Source: Acidobacteriota bacterium | GTDB lineage: Bacteria; Acidobacteriota; UBA6911; RPQK01; JAJDTT01 | DNA length: 64,000 nucleotides | Assembly (NCBI GenBank): GCA_965263035.1 | Contig: OZ253580.1 | Span: 1,392,196-1,456,195, forward strand | Reading direction: 5' to 3' | In this document: positions 27,949 to 36,427 of the stretch, piece after piece | How positions within the stretch are numbered: position 1 is the first letter of the stretch | How the letters are laid out: every line of letters starts with the position of its first letter | Program-made: the position numbers and the translations under genes | Notes under the pieces: model-generated | The model's database searches: none | The model's input: the letters and a program-made list of their open reading frames with translations, nothing else | Told to the model about the DNA's origin: nothing

Positions 27949-29182
27949 TGAACTCCGGAAATCGGAATCGGAAGCAGGACTTGCCCTGCTGGCCGCCCTG
28001 CTCACGACGGCTCTGGTCGCGACTCTGGTCTGGACCCTGAGCGTGCAGAACCTGATCCAGTGGAGACTGCTCCAAGGGGTCGAGGCGCAACTCTACAGTC
28101 TGTTTCTGGCCCAGAACGGGATCGAATTCGCTCGCGGCCTTCTTCCCCTGGTCGATGTCGACGAACTCCTTTCCGGTCCCGACGGTTCCTTCTCCGGAAC
28201 CGATTTTCCCGAATGGAGAAATCCTCTCCCCTTTTCGGAGGCTCACCGTCTGGACCCGGAGAGTTGGACACCCGACCGCGACGACGGACTCCCGTCTCGT
28301 GGCCGGAACCGGCTGCTGCCGAACGGTTACCCGGACCCTGGAGGGGGGCGTTTCTACTTGAGGTTTTCCAACAACCCCGAGGAGCCGGCCCACCAGGACC
28401 GGGACGGAGTGGTCCTGGTCCGGAGCATGGGGATCGCTCCTCTCAAACTGCAGAACCCCTTCCTGGCTTCCACCCACAACAGCGTGACTCTGATCGAATC
28501 CCGCCTTCTGCAGGAGACTGCATTTCGACTCCGGAGCGCGCTCACCCTGGCGGGAGACGACGGAGACTTCCATTGGGTGGGAAGCGACTTTCTCCTGGAC
28601 GGTGGACACCGAGAACCGGCGGTCCGCCTCCTCTCCCTGGGAGGCGATGGACTCGGCACCGAGTTTCTGCGGAACCTCAATCCGGCCCAAGCCGGCCGGA
28701 TCCGGGGTGCCGGACCGGAACCTTCTCTTCGGGACTCGACTGCGGCATACCGTGAGGACCCTCGTTATCGTTCCCTTTTCCAAGCTGTCTTCTGGAGGCA
28801 CTTTCAGGATCAGCTGCCGGCCCTCTCGTCGGCCACCGGGATTGTCCATCTTCCGGAGGGAGGAACCCTGTCAGGCGCGGTGTCGGGGGTCGTCATCGCC
28901 CGGGGGAACCTGATCCTGCAGGGAGACGTCCGGTTCCGGGGAATCCTGCTTCATCTGGGTGGGGGAGGCGTCATTCTGAAAGACCGTGCCCAGATCGTAG
29001 GAGGACTCTGGCTTTCCAACCTGAGTGTGGAGGGAGAAACGATCCGCGGGGGCTCCTTGAGCCTTCATCTTTCGGACCTGGCCAGTATCCGATACGACGC
29101 CGATGCCATCCGGTCGGGACTGCGCAGCTTTCCGCCGACTCAACTGGGTTGGCGGCTCCTCTTTCCGGAGATGAAGCTGTGA
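27887..29182 (+). CDS. GspK/PilX-like large minor pseudopilin.
   Basis: N-terminal hydrophobic GLALLAALLTTALVATLVWTL segment and size (~430 aa). It ends 5 bp before a MITE. Confidence 0.45.
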   Translation: MRRSNSRFGTTGPTSSLPGIDELRKSESEAGLALLAALLTTALVATLVWTLSVQNLIQWRLLQGVEAQLYSLFLAQNGIEFARGLLPLVDVDELLSGPDGSFSGTDFPEWRNPLPFSEAHRLDPESWTPDRDDGLPSRGRNRLLPNGYPDPGGGRFYLRFSNNPEEPAHQDRDGVVLVRSMGIAPLKLQNPFLASTHNSVTLIESRLLQETAFRLRSALTLAGDDGDFHWVGSDFLLDGGHREPAVRLLSLGGDGLGTEFLRNLNPAQAGRIRGAGPEPSLRDSTAAYREDPRYRSLFQAVFWRHFQDQLPALSSATGIVHLPEGGTLSGAVSGVVIARGNLILQGDVRFRGILLHLGGGGVILKDRAQIVGGLWLSNLSVEGETIRGGSLSLHLSDLASIRYDADAIRSGLRSFPPTQLGWRLLFPEMKL

Positions 29183-29186
29183 GGGA

Positions 29187-29353
29187 CTAGGAGGCTGCGC
29201 CGCAGAAATTGATCTACTGCGAAAGCGGTAGAATCGGTCCATATTTCCTCGATTTCTCGGCGAATAGAACAACTATGCACCTCCAAATCGAGAAAATCTG
29301 GCCTCGATTCCCCACTTTCTCGCTACGATCATTTCTACCGCGCAGACTCCTAG
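29187..29353 (+). repeat. MITE-like ~165-bp repeat, copy A.
   Basis: Same sequence as 50846-51012. Its reverse complement is at 35103-35268. Terminal inverted repeats GAGGCTGCGCCGCAGAAAT ... ATTTCTACCGCGCAGACTC. A CTAG tetranucleotide bounds both ends. Confidence 0.85.
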
Positions 29354-29355
29354 CC

Positions 29356-31817
29356 CTGCTCTATACCCACAAATAGTGCTGGACAAACAAGAATGCCTGT
29401 CGTAGTCTTCACGACATGGTAGTTCAGAACCAGATCAAGCGCACCTTGAGCCGAGAGTTGGATCGTTTGCACGCCGTGATGAGGCGGGAGAAGTTCGCCC
29501 ACCGGACGGCGCTGGCGGACCGGGTCTGCTCGGAGTTTGGATTTCACGATGCCCGAGGGCGGGCGCAACGGAGCGGCTGCCTGAAGGCGCTCCGGGAGCT
29601 GGAGGCGGGCGGACGGATTCGTCTGCCGACGCCGCGACGGCGGGTGAAACATTGCGGGCCCCGAGGACTGGGCCGTGCGGTGCCGGAGCCGGTGGAAGTG
29701 CCCGAGACGGTGGACGGCGTGCGGGAGCTGGAGTTGATTCTGGTGGAGACGGGTCCGCAACGAGCGCTCTGGAACGAGTTGATGGCGCGAGAGCATCCAC
29801 GGGGCGCGGGGCCGTTGGTGGGTGCTCAACTACGCTATCTGGTGGGCTCGGCCCACGGCTGGCTGGGGGGCTTGGGGTTCGGGGCGGCGGCGTTGCGGTT
29901 GCGGGACCGGGACCGCTGGATCGGATGGGATGAGGAACAACGCCGGGCGCACCTGCACCGGGTGGTGGGGCTGAGCCGGTTTCTGATCCGTCCGTCAGTG
30001 AGGTGTCGTAATCTGGCCTCCCGGGTGCTGGGGGAGGTGTTGCGGCGGCTGGGTCCGGAGTTCCAGGCGCGCTACGGCTACCGTCCCTGGCTGGTGGAGA
30101 CCTTCGTGGAGACGGCTCGCCACGATGGGGCCAGTTTGCGCGCCACGAACTGGAGGGTTCTGGGGAAGACGCAGGGTCGAGGCCGGCAAGATCGGGCGCA
30201 CCGGGGTGCGGAGACGAGCAAGGCGATCTATGGGTATGAGTTGTGCCGGGATTGGCGTCGGCGGTTGGGGGTGGGACCGGCGCCGAGGCGGGGAGTGGAA
30301 CCGATGTCGGAGGGCGAGGGACTGGAGGGAGAGGGCTGGGCTCAGCAGGAGTTGGGCGGGGCGCCGCTGGGAGACCGGCGCTTGAGTCGGCGACTGGTGG
30401 AGAGTGCGCACCGTCAGGCGCAGGAGCCGGGGCGGGCGTTCACGGGAGTGGCGCGGGGCGATCCGGCGGCGGTCAAGGGATACTACCGGCTGATCGACCA
30501 GCCGGAAGCCTCGGCGGTGACGGTGTCCAACATCCTGGCCCCGCACCGGGAGCGGACCCGGCAGCGGATGCAGGGGCAGCGGACGGTGCTGTGCATCCAG
30601 GACGGGAGCGATCTGAACTTCACGCGGCACGGCCGGTGTGAGGGACTGGGGGTGATCGGGCGCAACCAGACGGGAGCGACGGCGCGGGGACTGCATCTGC
30701 ACGCGACGCTGGTGGTGAGTGAGACGGGGCTGCCGCTGGGGGTGTTGCGGGCGAAGCTGGACGCGCCGAAGCCGGGACCGGTGGCCACGCGGAAAAAGAA
30801 GAAGACGTATCGCTGGATCGAGGGACTTCGGGACTGCGCCGAGGTGTCGCGGTCCCTCGACGGGGTGCGGGTGGTCAGCGTGGTGGACCGGGAGGCGGAT
30901 TTTTTCGCACTGTTCGCCGAGCAACGAGCGTCTCCGGAGGTGGAGTTGCTGGTGCGTGCGAAGCAGGATCGGGTGCTGAAGAGGAAGACCCCGGCGAAGG
31001 CGGCCGGGAAAAGCGCGGATCCGGACCCGGAGCAGAAGCGGAAGCTGTTCGGGCGCCTGCGATCGGCGCCGGTGCGGGCCCGGATGCTGCTGGAGGTGAA
31101 GCGTCAGAGTGCGCGGATCAAGGCCAGCAAGCAGGCGGCCCGCCCGCGGCGGCTGGCGCGGGTGGCTCGGATGGAACTGCGCTACGAGACCCTGACGATT
31201 CCGGCGCCGCGCGGGAACCCAACCGGCATCCCGTCGCTGAGACTGTCGGTGGTGCACGCGCGGGAGGTCGCGCCGCCGGCGCAGGGGAAGCGCCTGGAAT
31301 GGTTCCTGCTCACCACCCTGCCGGTGACCGATGTCGAGACGGCGCAGCAACTGCTGAGATGGTATGCGCTGCGCTGGCGGGTGGAGGATTATTTCCGGGT
31401 GCTCAAGACCGGATGCCGGGTACAACAGCTCCAGCACCAAACCGCCGAACGTCTGAAACGGGCCATCGCCATGCACGCCGTCATCGCCTGGCGGATCATG
31501 CTGATGACGCTGTTGGGGCGAGAGGACCCGGACCTGCCGGCGCAATTGTTGTTCTCGGATCTGGAAATTCGGGTCCTGGGGGCGTTTGCCGCGTCGCGAG
31601 GATTCCCAGCGCCGGAAGACCTGGGGGCGGCCGTGCTCGTGCTGGCCCGCCTGGGAGGATATCTGGCTCGTAAACACGACTCCCCACCTGGGCATCAACT
31701 GATGTGGCAGGGCTACGTCACGCTCTACGGCATGTGTCTGGGCTTCGCTTTACGAGAAGAAACATGAATGAAACCGGACGGCTAATTTGCCCTGTGCAAT
31801 ATGTGGGTAAAGGGCAG
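29356..31817 (+). mobile_element. IS4/Tn5-like insertion sequence, copy 2.
   Basis: 8-bp TSD TCCTAGCC at 29348-29355 and 31818-31825. The left IR carries one mismatch (CTGCTC). Confidence 0.9.
29416..31767 (+). CDS. Fusion transposase (DUF4338-like N-domain + Tn5-type DDE transposase), copy 2.
   Basis: 783 aa, ~99% identical to copies 3 and 4. Confidence 0.85.
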   Translation: MVVQNQIKRTLSRELDRLHAVMRREKFAHRTALADRVCSEFGFHDARGRAQRSGCLKALRELEAGGRIRLPTPRRRVKHCGPRGLGRAVPEPVEVPETVDGVRELELILVETGPQRALWNELMAREHPRGAGPLVGAQLRYLVGSAHGWLGGLGFGAAALRLRDRDRWIGWDEEQRRAHLHRVVGLSRFLIRPSVRCRNLASRVLGEVLRRLGPEFQARYGYRPWLVETFVETARHDGASLRATNWRVLGKTQGRGRQDRAHRGAETSKAIYGYELCRDWRRRLGVGPAPRRGVEPMSEGEGLEGEGWAQQELGGAPLGDRRLSRRLVESAHRQAQEPGRAFTGVARGDPAAVKGYYRLIDQPEASAVTVSNILAPHRERTRQRMQGQRTVLCIQDGSDLNFTRHGRCEGLGVIGRNQTGATARGLHLHATLVVSETGLPLGVLRAKLDAPKPGPVATRKKKKTYRWIEGLRDCAEVSRSLDGVRVVSVVDREADFFALFAEQRASPEVELLVRAKQDRVLKRKTPAKAAGKSADPDPEQKRKLFGRLRSAPVRARMLLEVKRQSARIKASKQAARPRRLARVARMELRYETLTIPAPRGNPTGIPSLRLSVVHAREVAPPAQGKRLEWFLLTTLPVTDVETAQQLLRWYALRWRVEDYFRVLKTGCRVQQLQHQTAERLKRAIAMHAVIAWRIMLMTLLGREDPDLPAQLLFSDLEIRVLGAFAASRGFPAPEDLGAAVLVLARLGGYLARKHDSPPGHQLMWQGYVTLYGMCLGFALREET

Positions 31818-31819
31818 TC

Positions 31820-32500
31820 CTAGCCACCCGATCTCGATTTTCGGCCCAGGTGAAGACATGCGATCCCGGCCGAGAGGGTTCGGTGGTGGATCTCGCGGAA
31901 CCCCGCCCTCTCCAGCAACCGGTCCAGATCCTCGGGCGCGAGGAACTGTCGCACCGACCGGGAGAGATAGTCGTAGGCTGGTCCGTGTCCCGAGATCCAA
32001 CCGCCGAGTCGAGGCAGGATCCGCACGAAATAGAACAGGTACAGCGACCTGAACAGCGGCAAAGTGGGGAGCGTAAACTCCAGGATGGCCAACACGCCTC
32101 GGGGTCGGAGCACCCGATGCATTTCGGCCAGACCCTGGCGGTAGCTCTCCAGATTCCTCAATCCGAACGCGATGCTGACGGCGTCGAAGGACCGGTCCGG
32201 AAAGGGGAGTCTCAGCGCGTCCCCTTCGGCGAACGCAACACGACGGCCGTTTGCGGAACGGGACGCCTTCTTCTTACCCAAAACCAGCATGGGATGAGAG
32301 AAGTCACACGCCACCACCGAACCCACATTGGAGAGCTCCAGGGCCAGGTCCCCGGTTCCCGTGCACAGGTCCAATATCCGCGGTTCCGACGGCAGCCGGC
32401 GTTCCAGCTCGCGCCTCGTCACCCGCCTCCAGCGCCGGTCCACGGACAGGGAGAGAAGACGGTTGGCCCGGTCGTATCGGGGGGCAATGGCGCCGAACAT
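31820..32500 (-). CDS. ubiE: UbiE/MenG-family demethylmenaquinone/ubiquinone C-methyltransferase.
   Basis: MFGAIAPRYDRANRLLSL plus the SAM-binding motif LDLCTGTGD. The start is uncertain; the ORF extends upstream in frame. Its stop codon lies inside the TSD of IS copy 2. Confidence 0.7.
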   Translation of the reverse strand: MFGAIAPRYDRANRLLSLSVDRRWRRVTRRELERRLPSEPRILDLCTGTGDLALELSNVGSVVACDFSHPMLVLGKKKASRSANGRRVAFAEGDALRLPFPDRSFDAVSIAFGLRNLESYRQGLAEMHRVLRPRGVLAILEFTLPTLPLFRSLYLFYFVRILPRLGGWISGHGPAYDYLSRSVRQFLAPEDLDRLLERAGFREIHHRTLSAGIACLHLGRKSRSGG

Positions 32501-32738
32501 CCGGCGGATCCGCCCCGATTCCTTATCAGTCCGTGGTGAAAGTCCCGCGTAGCACCGAGACCGGGGCTGCGCCCGCCGGACCAGGCGCGGTGAGGGAGCA
32601 TATTCGACCCTATGTGACCGAGGCGCAACGCAGTCCGCGCACGATGCAGACCCGGTCGAATGCCGCGACGACTTTTGCCACGGGCTATTATCCTCCATTT
32701 GAATCCCCGGAACCCGCGACGGCAATCCCCGGCGACCG

Positions 32739-33830
32739 CTATTTCACTTGCTTCACTTGGTCCCAGGCCCGCGCCAGGTCCTGGTCTGGAATGTCGTCCC
32801 GGATCCGGGTGATCCCGATCGCCGCCAGCAACACGACGACCGTACGTTGATTCCGGCGTTTCTTGTCCCGCTTCATGGCCTCCACGACGCGACCCGTGGG
32901 CACCGTATCGATCGTTGGCAGAGGCCCGATCTCCCGGATCGACTGCACTGCCCGGTCCCGTGACTCCCGTGAAAGACCCGTGCGCCAATGCGAGAGATGA
33001 GCAGCAGCCATCATTCCGTAGGCTACCGCTTCCCCGTGGGTCACCCCCTGAAATCGGACGGCGGATTCCAGTCCGTGACCGAAGGTATGTCCCAGGTTCA
33101 GTATTCGCCGCAGATCCGATTCGCGTTCGTCCTGGGCGGTGACCTGCGCCTTGATCTGGCAGCAGCGCTGGATCAACTGCTGCATCACCGGGGCCTTCCG
33201 GGCCTGGATCTCTTCCAGCGACGCGTTCAGCCAATCGAAGAATTCGGCGTCCCGGATGAGGCCGTACTTGAACACTTCATAGAGTCCGGACTGATACTCT
33301 CGTTGAGGCAAGGAGAGAAGGGTTTCCGGGTCGATGCAGACCAGGCTCGGCTGCCAGAAGGAACCGACCATGTTCTTGGCCAGACCATGATTGACTCCGG
33401 TCTTGCCTCCAACTGAACTGTCCACCTGAGCCACCATCGTCGTCGGGATCTGGATATACGGAATTCCCCGCATGAAGGTGGCAGCGGCGAATCCCGCGAT
33501 GTCTCCGGTCACGCCGCCACCCAGGGCCAACAGGGCCGACGAGCGATCCGCGCCGCCGGTCACGAGCTGTCCGTAGATCCGCTCGACGGTTCGGAGTGTC
33601 TTGTGGGATTCTCCGTCCGGTATCAGAATCTCCGATACCCGGAACCCGAAGTCCGCGAGACCCTGCATGAGCCGCTCGCCGTAGAGTTCGTGGACCGTGG
33701 GATTGGAGACCAGGAACAGCCTCCGGGTCGTCTCGCGGTCGCTCAGCAGCCTCGGGACCTCGGCCAGGAGACCGGGACCGATCAGGATGTCATAGCTGCG
33801 GCCGGGAAGGCTGACCTGAACCGTCTTCAC
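32739..33830 (-). CDS. aroB: 3-dehydroquinate synthase.
   Basis: GGGVTGDIAGFAAATFMRGIPYIQIPTT and the metal/NAD-binding blocks typical of AroB. Confidence 0.85.
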   Translation of the reverse strand: MKTVQVSLPGRSYDILIGPGLLAEVPRLLSDRETTRRLFLVSNPTVHELYGERLMQGLADFGFRVSEILIPDGESHKTLRTVERIYGQLVTGGADRSSALLALGGGVTGDIAGFAAATFMRGIPYIQIPTTMVAQVDSSVGGKTGVNHGLAKNMVGSFWQPSLVCIDPETLLSLPQREYQSGLYEVFKYGLIRDAEFFDWLNASLEEIQARKAPVMQQLIQRCCQIKAQVTAQDERESDLRRILNLGHTFGHGLESAVRFQGVTHGEAVAYGMMAAAHLSHWRTGLSRESRDRAVQSIREIGPLPTIDTVPTGRVVEAMKRDKKRRNQRTVVVLLAAIGITRIRDDIPDQDLARAWDQVKQVK

Positions 33831-33917
33831 CGGGTTCCTTTCCTGCTGTACGCCGCTTTGGGAAATCGCGTCGGCATCGATGCGGCTGGTGCGATCTTGG
33901 AAAAAACCGGTCCCGGG

Positions 33918-34901
33918 CTAACCCAGCACGCCTTCCAGAGGACTGCTCGCCGTGGCGTAGAGCTTGCGGGGAATCCGCCCCGCCTTATAGGCCAGACGAC
34001 CCGACTCCACGGCCAGTTTCATGCTCCGGGCCATGGACACCGGATCCTTGGCGCCGGCAATCCCGGTGTTCATGAGGACTCCGTCGATCCCCAGCTCCAT
34101 GGCCAGCGTGGCGTCGGAAGCGGTCCCGACACCGGCGTCGACGATGACGGGAACCGAGGCGAACTCCAGGATGATGCGGATATTGTTGGGGTTCTGGATG
34201 CCGAGGCCCGAACCGATGGGGGCTCCCAACGGCATCACCGCCGCCGCTCCCGCATCCTCCAGCCGCTTGCAGACGATGGGGTCGTCGTTGGTGTAGGGGA
34301 GCACCACGAATCCTTCCTTGACCAGCACGTGCGTGGCTTCCAACAAGGCTTCGTTGTCGGGGAACAGCGTGCGCTCGTCTCCGATCACCTCCAGCTTGAC
34401 CAGATTCGACAGGCCCGCCTCCCGCCCCAGCCGGGCGTATCGAATCGCTTCGGCCGCCGTGTAGCAGCCGGCGGTGTTGGGCAACAGCCGGTAGCGGTTG
34501 GGGTCGATGTGGTCCAGGAGGGATTCTCGAGTCTTGTCGGTCAGATTGACGCGCCGCACGGCCACCGTGACCAACTCGGCCCCGCTGGCCTCCAAGGCCT
34601 GCTCCATCTGGCCGAAGGTCGCGTATTTCCCCGTTCCCACCAGCAAACGGGAGTGATACTCACGTCCGGCTATGGTCAGCGTATCTTCCACGGCCCCTCC
34701 TCCCACGAAATGAACGATTTCGATCCGATCGCCACTTTGGATTTCCTGCTCGGCCCACCGGGCACGGCGGACGATCCGCTCATTGATTTCGACCGCGACC
34801 CGACCCCCCTCAAGCTCCAGATCCTGAACCAGATCCGCCACACTGCGGCCCAATTCCACCCGGTGCTGCAGACCATTCAAAACGACTTGGATCTTGCCCA
34901 T
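33918..34901 (-). CDS. thiG: ThiS-ThiG fusion: sulfur-carrier ThiS domain + thiazole synthase ThiG.
   Basis: The N-terminal ~66 aa end in ...IVHFVGGG (ubiquitin-like ThiS C-terminal GG). The remainder is a canonical ThiG TIM barrel ([17 protein letters not shown]). Confidence 0.8.
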   Translation of the reverse strand: MGKIQVVLNGLQHRVELGRSVADLVQDLELEGGRVAVEINERIVRRARWAEQEIQSGDRIEIVHFVGGGAVEDTLTIAGREYHSRLLVGTGKYATFGQMEQALEASGAELVTVAVRRVNLTDKTRESLLDHIDPNRYRLLPNTAGCYTAAEAIRYARLGREAGLSNLVKLEVIGDERTLFPDNEALLEATHVLVKEGFVVLPYTNDDPIVCKRLEDAGAAAVMPLGAPIGSGLGIQNPNNIRIILEFASVPVIVDAGVGTASDATLAMELGIDGVLMNTGIAGAKDPVSMARSMKLAVESGRLAYKAGRIPRKLYATASSPLEGVLG

Positions 34902-35102
34902 GGGTCCATCGTTTTCGAGCCCAGTCTACTACGACGCCGCGCCCGTCTGCCAGCCGGACGGAGCCCTGACCCGCGGGGCATCGGCCCATTCCGGGACCAT
35001 CGTCCGGCTCTAGCGGACCCAGGGTCGGAGCCACTCAACTTCCGGTCGAATTCCTCATCGAATGTTGGCGAGCGCCATCAACCTTGACGGGGTTCTGCAC
35101 CA

Positions 35103-35268
35103 CTAGAGTCTGCGCGGTAGAAATGATCGTAGCGAGAAAGTGGGGAATCGAGGCCAGATTTTCTCGATTTGGAGGTGCATAGTTGTTCTATTCGCCGAGA
35201 AATCGAGGAAATATGGACCGATTCTACCGCTTTCGCAGTAGATCGATTTCTGCGGCGCAGGCTCCTAG
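35103..35268 (-). repeat. MITE-like repeat, copy B (inverted orientation).
   Basis: Reverse complement of copy A. CTAG at both ends (35103-35106 and 35265-35268). Confidence 0.85.
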
Positions 35269-35287
35269 CCTGATTGCCGAAGGGTTC

Positions 35288-35611
35288 CTATTGCCGGAAG
35301 AGTTCGTATGCCTCAGGGAGGAAAATCCGGGCGGTCATGATCTCCGTCATGGGGATGACGACCCGAAAATCTCCATACGCCAATCCGGATGACCCCTCAA
35401 GGGACCTCCATATCATAGGCGCATAGTTGGTCTTGACTACCAACTCCTGTTTGTCTTTATCGCGGTAGCCGCTAGCCATCGGGACGATCTTAATATCGCC
35501 CTCACCCTGGCTTTCGATTCCGCTCTTGAGGGGGAAGCCAATGTATACCTTTCTGCTCTTCAGCGAGATCTCAACCAGCCTTTGATTCTCGATGGATTCC
35601 GCGACGAGCAA
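35288..35611 (-). CDS. Hypothetical protein in a lower-GC islet.
   Basis: 107-aa ORF with no recognisable family. Local GC (~52%) is well below the surrounding sequence. Confidence 0.3.
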   Translation of the reverse strand: MLVAESIENQRLVEISLKSRKVYIGFPLKSGIESQGEGDIKIVPMASGYRDKDKQELVVKTNYAPMIWRSLEGSSGLAYGDFRVVIPMTEIMTARIFLPEAYELFRQ

Positions 35612-36427
35612 CTCAATGAGGTCACCGCCTCTTTCTGCTACTCGTCAAGCGGCCTGTTCTTCGCTGTAGAAACGGTTGCCCACAAACGGCAGCACGAAGC
35701 CCAACAGGGCACTCGGCAGTATTGCCGTCGAGGAGTAGGGGATTGATCCGTACGACGTCCATGCCGGGTCTATCCAAGACCAATAATAGTGCAGAGGAAG
35801 AACCATCAAGTGTCCAATCCCCGCCAGAATGCCGCCGAGACCGCGGCCCGGAAGAAGACATGGTAACCGGAATCACGCAGAGCGCCGTAGCGGGTGAAGT
35901 AGAGATGGGTCAGGAACCAGTATCCACCCAGAGCCGAGACGAGAAACAGACCAAGACCCAAGGGCAACAGTTCCTGACAGATTGATGGCGTTGATCCTTA
36001 CTGGCGTTTTTCCGGAGATGCACCGGACGAATCCCTTCCAAAGTCAAGTTTCGCCATTTTTTCGATGACGGCGCGCGCCCGCTTGCTGCGGAGCAGATCA
36101 TCTGCTTTGACGTACAGCGCGCCCTTTGGCGTCACGTACACCGGAGGACGTTCCGGGTCCGTTGACGACGGTGCCTTTGGCGAAGTCTTCGTCATGATGT
36201 CTCCTTACTCCATAACGTCCGAAACTCATCGTACATGATCAAGGTGCTTTCGGACATGGAGCGGACCCGGCCAGCCCTCAAGATGGGCTGAAGTTCGAGC
36301 CTGCCCGGTTCTTCCTTTCATCGGAAGGGAGACCGTGTCGCTTGTAATTCACGGCGACCCGACATTAGGCGTCGCCGGGAGCGCATCCCCATATGCGGTG
36401 CGAAGCGGGGACCCTTGCCCCGAACCG

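Noticed and set aside
28871-29272. Short ORF MFYSPRNRGNMDRFYRF… recurring in MITE copies (also at 35183-35392).
   Set aside because: It lies entirely within a non-coding-looking repeat and its frame is not preserved into the flanks. It is most likely an incidental ORF.
33603-35087. 494-aa plus-strand ORF.
   Set aside because: It is antisense to aroB and thiS-thiG.
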